A stretch of 41,064 nucleotides of DNA from an uncultured Thiotrichales bacterium (GTDB lineage Bacteria; Pseudomonadota; Gammaproteobacteria; CAZUMV01). The stretch's first letter is position 1; the number at the start of each line of letters is the position of its first letter. A program made the translations under genes and the position numbers. Below, one piece after another: positions 8,187-16,789 of the stretch. The notes beneath the pieces are model-generated. The model was given only the letters and a program-made list of their open reading frames with translations. It was not told the DNA's origin and made no database searches. The stretch covers positions 1-41,064 of the forward strand of contig CAZUMV010000004.1 of assembly GCA_964621435.1 (NCBI GenBank), given 5' to 3'.

Positions 8187-11100
8187 TTAACGCTGCTTGG
8201 AAAGAGCGTCGAGTCGTCGTTTTTTATCGGCCCGCTCTCGTGCTTTACGATATTCCCGCTCATGTTTTTCTTTCCGATTAGGTATACGCGGTTCGGCATA
8301 TATTTCAGGCTGCCTGCCCCAGTCTTTACCGACCCACACTTTCCTGGCTGCGGGATTCACATTTCCTGAAACACCGTTTGCTATATGGCGTAGATCTTGC
8401 GAGAAGAAGGTCCGGATATTACCCCAATCATCATAGTCTTTCAGGATCTCGAGGACTTCATCGCTATTAAGATCAAAATCGGTCAATACATCGTCAGTAT
8501 CTCCGTCGCAATTAAAGTCTACGCTTGAACCACCGGTACGACCATAGCCGAGCGCTTCACTCACACCAGTCGCCTCGTCTAAATCGACCGAACTACCATC
8601 AGAGAATCCAAGTCCAAACTGGGTCCAATCATCAAATGGTCCATTGACCAGCGTATTGGTACCAAGACCAATTTTACAATCAAAATTACCTGTAGTGCCG
8701 GAGTTATAACCCAGATAGTAACGATCACCATCATTGGTACCGAGCACAGGTAGACCGTTGGTTGCATACATGTAATTCATAGTACTGTGGTAATTTGGCT
8801 TGTGGTTGGTCCCCTCAAAACCGCCATGGCTCAATCCAAGCGCATGCCCAAACTCATGCATGAGCGTACCGGATTGAAAATTTATTAGCTGGTTCGTTTT
8901 CAAGTCATCATCACGATTCAGGTTCCAATTCCCGAGCGCAATAAAACTATCATTTCCGTTAACCTCGCTTACACCCGATGCTCCCTGCGCATGCGAATAA
9001 GCAAACACAATGTAGTAGAAGATCGGACGTCGCTTCAACTCCATATGCTCTGCTTTATATACAAAGATATCCGCGATGTCGGGATCCAGATGCGAATTAT
9101 CCGGATAAGCAAAAAATCTAAACATGATTTCTTCTGCGAATGGGACAAAATCACCACCACCTAAATCGTAATCAAGCGGGTCTATTCCAGGGTTTTGGTC
9201 AAAGTAATCACCCACATCGAAATGTACATGAAAACCGTGAGCCAGGAATTCCGCGGTGATTTTATCCAACACTTCGCGCTGCGGCAGCATACCTTCGATA
9301 TTGGTATCGGTCGTACCAGCCGGATCCATATAATCAATTTCCACGAATAGATCTATTTGATTAACACGCGCACCCATCGCGTATAAATCCATCCCTGCAA
9401 ACGTTGAACCTGGCATTTCAGAACAATCAGGGATGCCATCAGAATCGGCGTCAGTAATACAGGTAATGTCATTCGGGCCACCTATGGAAGAATATTCTTT
9501 CAGGCTCCAATCGCTAGCACTATCGGTGTCGGTATGCGCAGTATCACGCGCAATCGACTGATGATAGTCAAAGTTGTTTGTTAGGGCTGGAGCGGCACCA
9601 CCGTTCCATGCACTTGCGGTGGTCGGCGCAGTATTGTTGCTACCGAATCTTACGAAATCAACCGTCTCTGTTCCTTCTAGCAATTCGAGATAACCGCTAG
9701 AATTCCAACCAAAGTTCTGCTCATCAAGGATCACAACGTTCGGACTACCTTCGTAAGAAATGGTAAAGGCCAAACTATCAAACAGATCTTGGGTCATTAT
9801 CACCAAATACGCGCCAGGCGGCACCAACTTAGTCGGCAGCGCTTCGCCCGTGGTCAGGTTACCGGATTTAATAGCATATTGACCGAGATCCACCGCGACG
9901 GTTGACGGATTATAAATCTCGAACCAAAATCCGTTACCGTAGCCACCCTCACTTATTTCAGAGAGCATCAGACTTGCCGATACCGGAGCCGAAATCGTTA
10001 CCGGGACAATATTGCTGCTCGTACCACCAATACTGGCAGTGACATCAGTCTCGCCGACACTATCACCGGTCAAAACCCCTGCAGCAGATATCGTGGCTAT
10101 CGCATTGTCTATAGACATCCATGTAACGCTGTTTGAAACATCGACGGTACTGGCATCCGAATAAGTAGCAATCGCGATCAGTTGTTGCGCCGCGCCGGCA
10201 GTTATAGATACGCTGGCGGGCGATACGCTAATGCTTTGCAGGGTAACGGCAACAGGGTTTACCGTGACGACCGCGCTATCGTTTAAGGCGCCGCTTGCCG
10301 CGGTAACCGTGACTGTGCCATCACTACTTGTGGTGAGCAAACCATTGCTATCAACGCTGGCAATCCCGGCATCAACACTCCAGGCCACTGAATTAGTGAT
10401 ATTTGCCGTACTATTGTCGGAGTACGTACCGGTCGCTGCAAATTGCAGCGATTCACCGACTTCAACGGAACCAGACCCAGGGGTCACTGCAATACTTTGC
10501 AAGATTACCTGTGCCGCAGTTACGGTAAGCGAGGTACTTCCGGTTATACCATTGAGAGTCGCACTAACCGTCCCCGCGCCGGTATTGCTGGGCGTAATTA
10601 GACCATTTGGACCAAAGTTCGCGGTAATGCCGCCTGTTACGGTCCAGGTGTCGACACTAAGTTCAACTGTACTGCCATCCAGGATAGCTGTGCTGCCATC
10701 AGAGTAAGTACCCGTAGCGACAAATTGCACCGAATTATCTACTTCAATTGTGCTGTTCTCAGGAGTAATTGTAATACTCTGCAAGGTTACCGGAAGCGCT
10801 TCTATTGTTACCAAAACGCTATCGCCAAGCGTGCCATTGGTCGCCGTGACACTGACATCACCGGCACTAATTGCAGTAAGCAATCCATTCGGGTCAATGG
10901 TGGCGACGCCAGACTCAGTCGAAGATGCGGTAGACGGAGCGCTAGCATCGCCAGTACTAATTACCCAGAGCCCGTTTTGGCACGCAGCTGGAACATGGTC
11001 CAAAACACTTTCAAAGTAAGTAGTTGTGGTACAAACCTGACCTTCAGCGCTACAGCTATTGAGACCGTATTCCAATTCACCGTTATAGATATAGCCGTCT

Positions 11101-12779
11101 AGAAACACGGTGTTGGGACAAAGCTCGGGTTCGCTGCTGTTTTGTCCGGGATTATCACTGACATTCCAGGTTACCGTGCTACTTAAGTTTTGAGTACTAC
11201 CGTCCGAGTAATTACCCGTCGCGATAAATTGTTGACTACCACCTTCTGGAACCGTACTACCAGTTGGCGTTACCACGATACTATCCAGAGTAACCGGCGC
11301 GGCATTAACCGTTACACTGATCGCACTACTCACGGTGCCATCAGTTGCAGTAACTGTAACGACCCCGGCACCGAGCAACGTGAGCACGCCATTGCTACTC
11401 ACACTGGCAACAGCCGAATCGCTAACGCTCCAGGCTACGGAGTTAGTCACATTATCGGTACTATTGTCGGAATAATTTGCTATCGCTGTCAGTTGCACGG
11501 CTTCGCCAACTTCGGCGCTGCTAGTAGAAGCGCTCACATTAATACTCTGCAGGTCAACCACAGGAGCAGCGTTAATTTCGACGGTCACGCTGTCGCTAAA
11601 GGACCCACTAACTGCATTGATGGCCACAACACCGGTACTGATCGCTGTAACCAACCCGGTACTACTGACAGTAGCAATACTCGAATCGCTAACGCTCCAA
11701 ATCGCGAGGCTGTTTATATTTGCGGTACTATTATCAGACCAGGTACCGGTCGCACTTAACTGAACCGTTTCTCCAACTATCACGCTACTCGTTGCTGGCG
11801 TCACCGACATGCTAACCATGGATACCGCTGGCGGATTGCTGGTCACGGCGTTTATCGTAACCGTTGCATTATTACTAATAGCACCATCTGTCGCAGTAAC
11901 AGTTACGACACCCGCACTCAAAGCTGTTAACAAACCACTAGCATTAATACTTGCGATAGTCGGATCACTCACACTCCAGTTTGCCGAGCTATTTAGATTT
12001 TGGGTGCTATTATCCGAATAGTTACCAGTGGCTATAAATTGAATCGTTGCACCCTCATCGACCACACTTGAAGTTGGTGTTAGCACAATGCTATCGAGCG
12101 TCACCTGAACAGGTATAGCGCCGACAGTAACAGTAATGCTTTGACTTACTGAACCGCTCGTAGCGGTAACAGTAACCACACCATTACTAAGCGCCGTAAG
12201 TACACCGGTGCTACTAACTGATGCAATGGCAGGATCACTAACACTCCAGACAACAGAATTATTGATGTTTGTTGTGCCGCTAGAGCCGAAGTCACCGAAT
12301 GCATCGAGCTGCATTGAGCTCCCTGCCTGCATGGTGTTATTTGTAGTCGGCGCGGTAACAGAAATACTTTGCGGTGAAATGGCATTGGTATTGACGGTAA
12401 CCACTGCGCTATCGGAATACTGGCCATCAGATGCCGTCACAGTGACAGTTCCGGCAGCTAAGCCTTGTAATAATCCGTCGTCGCTTATGCTAGCGACCGC
12501 CGGGTTATCAACAGACCAGTCCACGCTGGCGCTAAGATTTTCACTGGTATTGTCTGTAAAAATACCTGTTGCCACCATCTGCACCGAAGCATTGATATCA
12601 ATAATACTTGTGCCTGGAGTTACATTGATATAGTCCAACGTTGCAGTTGCACTAGCAGTATCGTTTGCAAGTTCGCTTTCGGCGCCTTCGTCAACTTCTA
12701 CCCCGCCACAACTTACTAGAATTAATAAACCTAGCAAGCACAATCCGTTCCTAAAATATTTTGCCATTAGCCCAATCAC
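8187..12779 (-). CDS. Large surface lipoprotein: 9 bacterial Ig-like (Big_2) repeats + lamin-tail domain + metzincin-type zinc metalloprotease domain
   Basis: Lipobox LVSC, with ATG 12767 the likely start. Nine ~85-aa repeats (LxSIxVTP...ATGxYSDxST...WSVSD..A.....G). Lamin-tail-like segment LMLSEI...WFEIYNP...VDL. Asp-rich Ca-type motifs DADSDGIPD, DFNCDGDTDD and DLNSDE. HEFGHALGLSH with a Met-turn-like STMNY. Confidence 0.85.
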   Translation of the reverse strand: MIGLMAKYFRNGLCLLGLLILVSCGGVEVDEGAESELANDTASATATLDYINVTPGTSIIDINASVQMVATGIFTDNTSENLSASVDWSVDNPAVASISDDGLLQGLAAGTVTVTASDGQYSDSAVVTVNTNAISPQSISVTAPTTNNTMQAGSSMQLDAFGDFGSSGTTNINNSVVWSVSDPAIASVSSTGVLTALSNGVVTVTATSGSVSQSITVTVGAIPVQVTLDSIVLTPTSSVVDEGATIQFIATGNYSDNSTQNLNSSANWSVSDPTIASINASGLLTALSAGVVTVTATDGAISNNATVTINAVTSNPPAVSMVSMSVTPATSSVIVGETVQLSATGTWSDNSTANINSLAIWSVSDSSIATVSSTGLVTAISTGVVAINAVSGSFSDSVTVEINAAPVVDLQSINVSASTSSAEVGEAVQLTAIANYSDNSTDNVTNSVAWSVSDSAVASVSSNGVLTLLGAGVVTVTATDGTVSSAISVTVNAAPVTLDSIVVTPTGSTVPEGGSQQFIATGNYSDGSTQNLSSTVTWNVSDNPGQNSSEPELCPNTVFLDGYIYNGELEYGLNSCSAEGQVCTTTTYFESVLDHVPAACQNGLWVISTGDASAPSTASSTESGVATIDPNGLLTAISAGDVSVTATNGTLGDSVLVTIEALPVTLQSITITPENSTIEVDNSVQFVATGTYSDGSTAILDGSTVELSVDTWTVTGGITANFGPNGLITPSNTGAGTVSATLNGITGSTSLTVTAAQVILQSIAVTPGSGSVEVGESLQFAATGTYSDNSTANITNSVAWSVDAGIASVDSNGLLTTSSDGTVTVTAASGALNDSAVVTVNPVAVTLQSISVSPASVSITAGAAQQLIAIATYSDASTVDVSNSVTWMSIDNAIATISAAGVLTGDSVGETDVTASIGGTSSNIVPVTISAPVSASLMLSEISEGGYGNGFWFEIYNPSTVAVDLGQYAIKSGNLTTGEALPTKLVPPGAYLVIMTQDLFDSLAFTISYEGSPNVVILDEQNFGWNSSGYLELLEGTETVDFVRFGSNNTAPTTASAWNGGAAPALTNNFDYHQSIARDTAHTDTDSASDWSLKEYSSIGGPNDITCITDADSDGIPDCSEMPGSTFAGMDLYAMGARVNQIDLFVEIDYMDPAGTTDTNIEGMLPQREVLDKITAEFLAHGFHVHFDVGDYFDQNPGIDPLDYDLGGGDFVPFAEEIMFRFFAYPDNSHLDPDIADIFVYKAEHMELKRRPIFYYIVFAYSHAQGASGVSEVNGNDSFIALGNWNLNRDDDLKTNQLINFQSGTLMHEFGHALGLSHGGFEGTNHKPNYHSTMNYMYATNGLPVLGTNDGDRYYLGYNSGTTGNFDCKIGLGTNTLVNGPFDDWTQFGLGFSDGSSVDLDEATGVSEALGYGRTGGSSVDFNCDGDTDDVLTDFDLNSDEVLEILKDYDDWGNIRTFFSQDLRHIANGVSGNVNPAARKVWVGKDWGRQPEIYAEPRIPNRKEKHEREYRKARERADKKRRLDALSKQR
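9990..12641 (-). repeat. Intragenic array of nine degenerate Ig-like domain repeats
   Basis: The repeats are visible in the protein. Short nucleotide blocks also recur on the + strand, e.g. gaatcgctaacgctcca near 11416 and 11683, and gtactattgtcgga near 10408 and 11458. Confidence 0.85.
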
Positions 12780-12887
12780 GAATAGTTATAATCTCGGCCG
12801 CACTTTCACAGGTACGGTTCGATTTGCGAAGTACTCTCTGACAAATGGCTGCTAGCTTGGGATTAAAACTAATGGTTTCGGATGGAG

Positions 12888-12903
12888 CGTGAGATTCATC
12901 ACA
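12888..12903. promoter_or_regulatory. Putative CRP-family binding site
   Basis: CGTGA-gattca-TCACA matches 9 of 10 conserved positions of TGTGA-N6-TCACA. It lies in the intergenic region upstream of the Ig/protease gene. Confidence 0.45.
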
Positions 12904-12998
12904 GGTATTATCCACGCTTTGGCAAGGTACGAAAAAGACCTTTGGTCATCTAAAATATACCGCAAGGAACTCACTAATTAGAAACCAGAAATGACAGA

Positions 12999-14006
12999 TT
13001 AGATCTTTTCGGGAAACCAACAAGCGACTTGATGCAGGCCATCTTGCGCTTCTAAAATTGGAGTTTGATCGGCACACTTTTCTTGTGCCAAGGTACAGCG
13101 AGTTCTAAAGGCACAACCACTAGGAGGATCAAGCGGAGACGGCAAGTCACCTTGCAGGATATTGGCATTTTTGCCACGTTCAACGGCAGGATCGGGTATA
13201 GGAATCGCGTCTATTAACGCTTTAGTATAGGGATGCTGCGGTCTGGCATAAATATCATCCTTACTCGCCATTTCCACAACCTTACCTAAATACATCACCA
13301 TGACGGTATGACTAATATGTTTCACGACACTTAAATCATGTGCGATAAAAATCATAGTCAAACCCATCTCCTCTTGCAGCTCCATCAACAAGTTTATGAT
13401 TTGTGCCTGTATTGACACATCCAGTGCACTGACCGGCTCATCACAAATCAAGAGTTGTGGCTTGACGATAAGCGCACGTGCAATGCCAATGCGCTGGCAC
13501 TGCCCACCCGAGAACTCATGCGGGTAGCGATTAATCAAATTAGGTAACAAGCCGACCCGCCCCATGATTCCCTGAACTTGTTTTTTTCTTGTTACAGCAT
13601 CCATATCTGGCTCGAACACCCGCAACGGTTCTGCAATGATCTCACCAACGGTCATTCTTGGATTCAATGATGCCAAGGGATCCTGAAAAATCACCTGCAT
13701 GATCCTGCGCTTTTCACGCATGCTATCGGTATCCAGAGTCGTTAACTCTTGACCATTCAATTTAATACTACCAGCCGTGACCTTTTCCAGCCCGAGGATA
13801 CCTCGCGCCAGGGTCGATTTTCCACAACCGGATTCCCCAACCACACCAAGGGTCTGGCCTTTTTCCAGAGTAAAACTAATGCCATCCACGGCGCGCAAGG
13901 TCTGCTTTTTAGGGAAGAAGAAGCCCTCTCCAGGAATTTGAAAATGAACTTTCTGATCCGTTACTTGCAGTAAAGGTGTGGTCATCAGAACTGCTCCAAA
14001 TGACAA
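12999..14006 (-). CDS. oppF: Oligopeptide ABC transporter ATP-binding subunit
   Basis: Walker A GESGCGKS, signature YPHEFSGGQCQRIGIARAL, Walker B LICDEP, C-terminal Cys cluster (GCAFRTRC...C...AC). The real start may be ATG 13985 (MTTPLL), which overlaps the oppD stop. Confidence 0.92.
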   Translation of the reverse strand: MSFGAVLMTTPLLQVTDQKVHFQIPGEGFFFPKKQTLRAVDGISFTLEKGQTLGVVGESGCGKSTLARGILGLEKVTAGSIKLNGQELTTLDTDSMREKRRIMQVIFQDPLASLNPRMTVGEIIAEPLRVFEPDMDAVTRKKQVQGIMGRVGLLPNLINRYPHEFSGGQCQRIGIARALIVKPQLLICDEPVSALDVSIQAQIINLLMELQEEMGLTMIFIAHDLSVVKHISHTVMVMYLGKVVEMASKDDIYARPQHPYTKALIDAIPIPDPAVERGKNANILQGDLPSPLDPPSGCAFRTRCTLAQEKCADQTPILEAQDGLHQVACWFPEKI

Positions 14007-14947
14007 GCTTTCTTTCGATCCGCGCCGATGTCCCGTAGCAAGGGTAATTCACTCTCACAAGTATCTATCTTATGCTCACATCTTTTAGCGAACGCACACC
14101 CCTTTGGTAGGTGGAGTAGATTTGGCGGATTACCGGGAATCGCGTACAGGTCTTCTGATCCGGTGGCGTTCAGACGTGGCACCGACTTTAACAAGCCTTT
14201 GGTATATGGGTGCTGTGGGTTTTCAAAGATGACATCAACCGGTGCATATTCAACCATTCTACTGGCGTACATAACCATGACATTATCACTAATGCCAGCG
14301 ATCACTCCTAAATCATGGGTGATCATAACAATACTCATACCCAGATCATCTTGCAGCTCATTGAGCACCGCTATGATTTGCGCCTGTACCGTAACATCAA
14401 GCGCAGTGGTCGGCTCGTCTGCAATAAGCAAATCCGGCTTGCATAATAACGCCATCGCGATCATTACACGTTGTCGCATACCTCCAGAAAATTCATGCGG
14501 ATATCGCTCGATTCGACTTTTTGCATCGGGGATCTTAACCGCGTCTAGCATATCTATGGATCTGGCTAGCGCGGTTTCATAATCGAGACCTTTATGCAGC
14601 ATCAGCACTTCGGTCATTTGCTTTGAAATTGTAAGATAGCCATTTAAACAGGTCATCGGGTCCTGAAAGATCATGGCGATGCGATCACCGCGAATTTCAT
14701 TAAGCTGCTTTGGCGCCAGCCCGAGCAATTGCTGATCCGCGAAGCTTACTTTCCCGGTAGCACTGCCATTACCCGCTAACAAACCCAACATACTCAAAAC
14801 CAATTGGCTTTTACCTGATCCTGACTCGCCAACAATTCCAAGGGTTTCACCCTTTTCTAATGTAAAGGAGACATCACTCACCGCATTCACGATACCGTCT
14901 CTTACCGTAAACTCGACATTGAGATTCTCGACATTCAATAGTGCCAT
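13985..14947 (-). CDS. oppD: Oligopeptide ABC transporter ATP-binding subunit
   Basis: GESGSGKSQ, IFQDPMT, YPHEFSGGMRQRVMIAMAL, IADEPTTALD, GCAFAKRC. Confidence 0.92.
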   Translation of the reverse strand: MALLNVENLNVEFTVRDGIVNAVSDVSFTLEKGETLGIVGESGSGKSQLVLSMLGLLAGNGSATGKVSFADQQLLGLAPKQLNEIRGDRIAMIFQDPMTCLNGYLTISKQMTEVLMLHKGLDYETALARSIDMLDAVKIPDAKSRIERYPHEFSGGMRQRVMIAMALLCKPDLLIADEPTTALDVTVQAQIIAVLNELQDDLGMSIVMITHDLGVIAGISDNVMVMYASRMVEYAPVDVIFENPQHPYTKGLLKSVPRLNATGSEDLYAIPGNPPNLLHLPKGCAFAKRCEHKIDTCESELPLLRDIGADRKKACHLEQF

Positions 14948-14950
14948 CGG

Positions 14951-15850
14951 CTAACGGTCCTTAGGGTCCAAGGCATCGCGCAAACCGTCGCCTATAAAGT
15001 TAAAACAAAATAGCGTGGTGGCCAGAAATACGCCCGGGAATAATAACATCCACGGTGCACTTTCAAGATTTTGCGCACCGAGGTTCACCAAGGCTCCCCA
15101 ACTGGTATTAGGCTCCTGAACACCGAGCCCAAGAAAGCTCAAAAATGATTCGACTAAAATTACTTGTGGAATGGTTAAGGTGATATACACCACGACAATC
15201 CCTAACAAGTTTGGCACTATATGCCGAAAAATAATCCGCCCCGTACCCACACCATTGGCAACGGCTGCTTCGACAAATTCCTTGCGCTTCAAACTTAAAG
15301 TCTGACCGCGCACAATCCGGGCCATATCCAGCCAATTGATCGCACCGATCGCGATAAAAATTAGAAATATATTGCGACCGAAAAAAACCATCAACAAAAT
15401 AACGAAAAACATAAATGGCATGGCGTATAAAATATCTACAATACGCATCATGATTGCGTCAGTACGACCACCTACGTAACCCGCAATAGCACCGTAGGAA
15501 ATACCAATCACCAAGCTCACAGCGGTAGCTAAAATGCCAACCATCAATGACATTCGTCCCCCGTACAGCGTGCGTACGAACAGATCCCGGCCATTGGAGT
15601 CAGTACCAAAAATATGTCCATTTGATAAATTTGGCGCACTTGAGATCAAATCCCAATCAACTGCATCAAAAGCATAAGGGCTAAGTAAGGGAGCGAATAA
15701 CACCATTAACATCAGCACCAGCAAAATTACGATACTGGTCATGGCAGCTTTGTTCTTTAGTAAACGGTATAGAGCGTCATCCCACAGACTTCGTCCCTTT
15801 ATTTCCTGCGCCCCTAGAGCCTCGAGCGCATTGGCTACTTCACTAGTCAT
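14951..15850 (-). CDS. oppC: Oligopeptide ABC transporter permease
   Basis: GRSLWDDA, FGTDSNGRDLFVR, EAA loop KEFVEAA, C-terminal GDGLRDALDPKDR. Confidence 0.93.
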   Translation of the reverse strand: MTSEVANALEALGAQEIKGRSLWDDALYRLLKNKAAMTSIVILLVLMLMVLFAPLLSPYAFDAVDWDLISSAPNLSNGHIFGTDSNGRDLFVRTLYGGRMSLMVGILATAVSLVIGISYGAIAGYVGGRTDAIMMRIVDILYAMPFMFFVILLMVFFGRNIFLIFIAIGAINWLDMARIVRGQTLSLKRKEFVEAAVANGVGTGRIIFRHIVPNLLGIVVVYITLTIPQVILVESFLSFLGLGVQEPNTSWGALVNLGAQNLESAPWMLLFPGVFLATTLFCFNFIGDGLRDALDPKDR

Positions 15851-15851
15851 A

Positions 15852-16772
15852 CTAATACCTTATTTTGGGATCGAGCATGGCGTAAACCAGATCTACAATA
15901 AAGTTAAATAAAATAATGAGCGCACCGTAAAATACGACCACCCCCATGACCAAAGTGTAATCGCGATTTAAGGCACCTTGAACAAAATATCTGCCGAGAC
16001 CCGGTATACCAAAGATTTGTTCAACCACAACCGAACCAGTAATGATTGCTGCAGTCGCTGGACCAAGATATGAAATCACTGGCAACAACGCTGGCCGCAG
16101 TGCATGGCGCAAGATGACCAAACGTTCGGGCAAACCTTTAGCACGTGCAGTACGAATGGGATTGCTACGTAATACCTCGATCATACTCGCGCGGGTAAGG
16201 CGGGATATATAAGCAATCTGTGGTAATGCCAAACTTACGATCGGCAATATGGTGTTCTTGAATGCGCCGCTATTCCAACCACCAGCTGGTAGCCATTTAA
16301 GGAAAATGGCAAACACTAAAATAAGAATAGGTGCCATAACAAAATTTGGCACCGATATTCCGGTCATCGCTGCCGTCATGACACTATAATCAGTGAACGT
16401 GTTTTGGCGCAGCGCGGCAATGGTACCAAGCGCAGCACCAATAAAAAACGCCAAAAATATGGCGCTTAAGCCGAGCCGCAATGACACCGGAAAGCCGGTC
16501 GCGATTAACTCATTAACCGAATAATCTTTGTATTGAAACGACGGCCCAAAGTCTCCTTGTGCAAGCTCGAATAAATACCGGCCGTATTGTTTGAGCAAAG
16601 GTTCATCAAGATGATATTTTTTATCCAGATTAGCTTGTACTTCGGGCGGTAGGGTTTTCTCGGTATCGAATGGACCACCAGGGGCAACACGCATCATGAA
16701 AAACGCCAAGGTCATGAGGACGAACAATGTGGGTAACGCCGCCAACAGGCGCTTAAGAGAATAACGCAACAT
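15852..16772 (-). CDS. oppB: Oligopeptide ABC transporter permease
   Basis: APGGPF, GDFGPSF, RTARAKGL, GALNRDYTLV, C-terminal LDPKIRY. Confidence 0.93.
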   Translation of the reverse strand: MLRYSLKRLLAALPTLFVLMTLAFFMMRVAPGGPFDTEKTLPPEVQANLDKKYHLDEPLLKQYGRYLFELAQGDFGPSFQYKDYSVNELIATGFPVSLRLGLSAIFLAFFIGAALGTIAALRQNTFTDYSVMTAAMTGISVPNFVMAPILILVFAIFLKWLPAGGWNSGAFKNTILPIVSLALPQIAYISRLTRASMIEVLRSNPIRTARAKGLPERLVILRHALRPALLPVISYLGPATAAIITGSVVVEQIFGIPGLGRYFVQGALNRDYTLVMGVVVFYGALIILFNFIVDLVYAMLDPKIRY

Positions 16773-16789
16773 TAAAAAAGCCTGTCTGT

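Noticed and set aside
10914-11153. The insert as an intein or MITE/IS remnant
   Set aside because: There is no Cys/Ser...His-Asn splice junction pattern, and I see no terminal inverted repeats or target-site duplication. It is kept as a domain insertion only.
10231-12633. Long plus-strand ORFs (10231-10707, 10725-11102, 11190-11759, 12208-12633) opposite the Ig repeats
   Set aside because: They are antisense shadows of a Ser/Thr/Val/Ala-rich repetitive gene whose reverse complement has few stops. They show no recognisable motifs or RBS.
12780-12998. Riboswitch or sRNA (e.g. c-di-GMP) in the 219-nt gap upstream of the surface protein gene
   Set aside because: I cannot recognise a conserved aptamer motif or a convincing long stem by eye. 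An Rfam/Infernal scan would be needed to exclude it.
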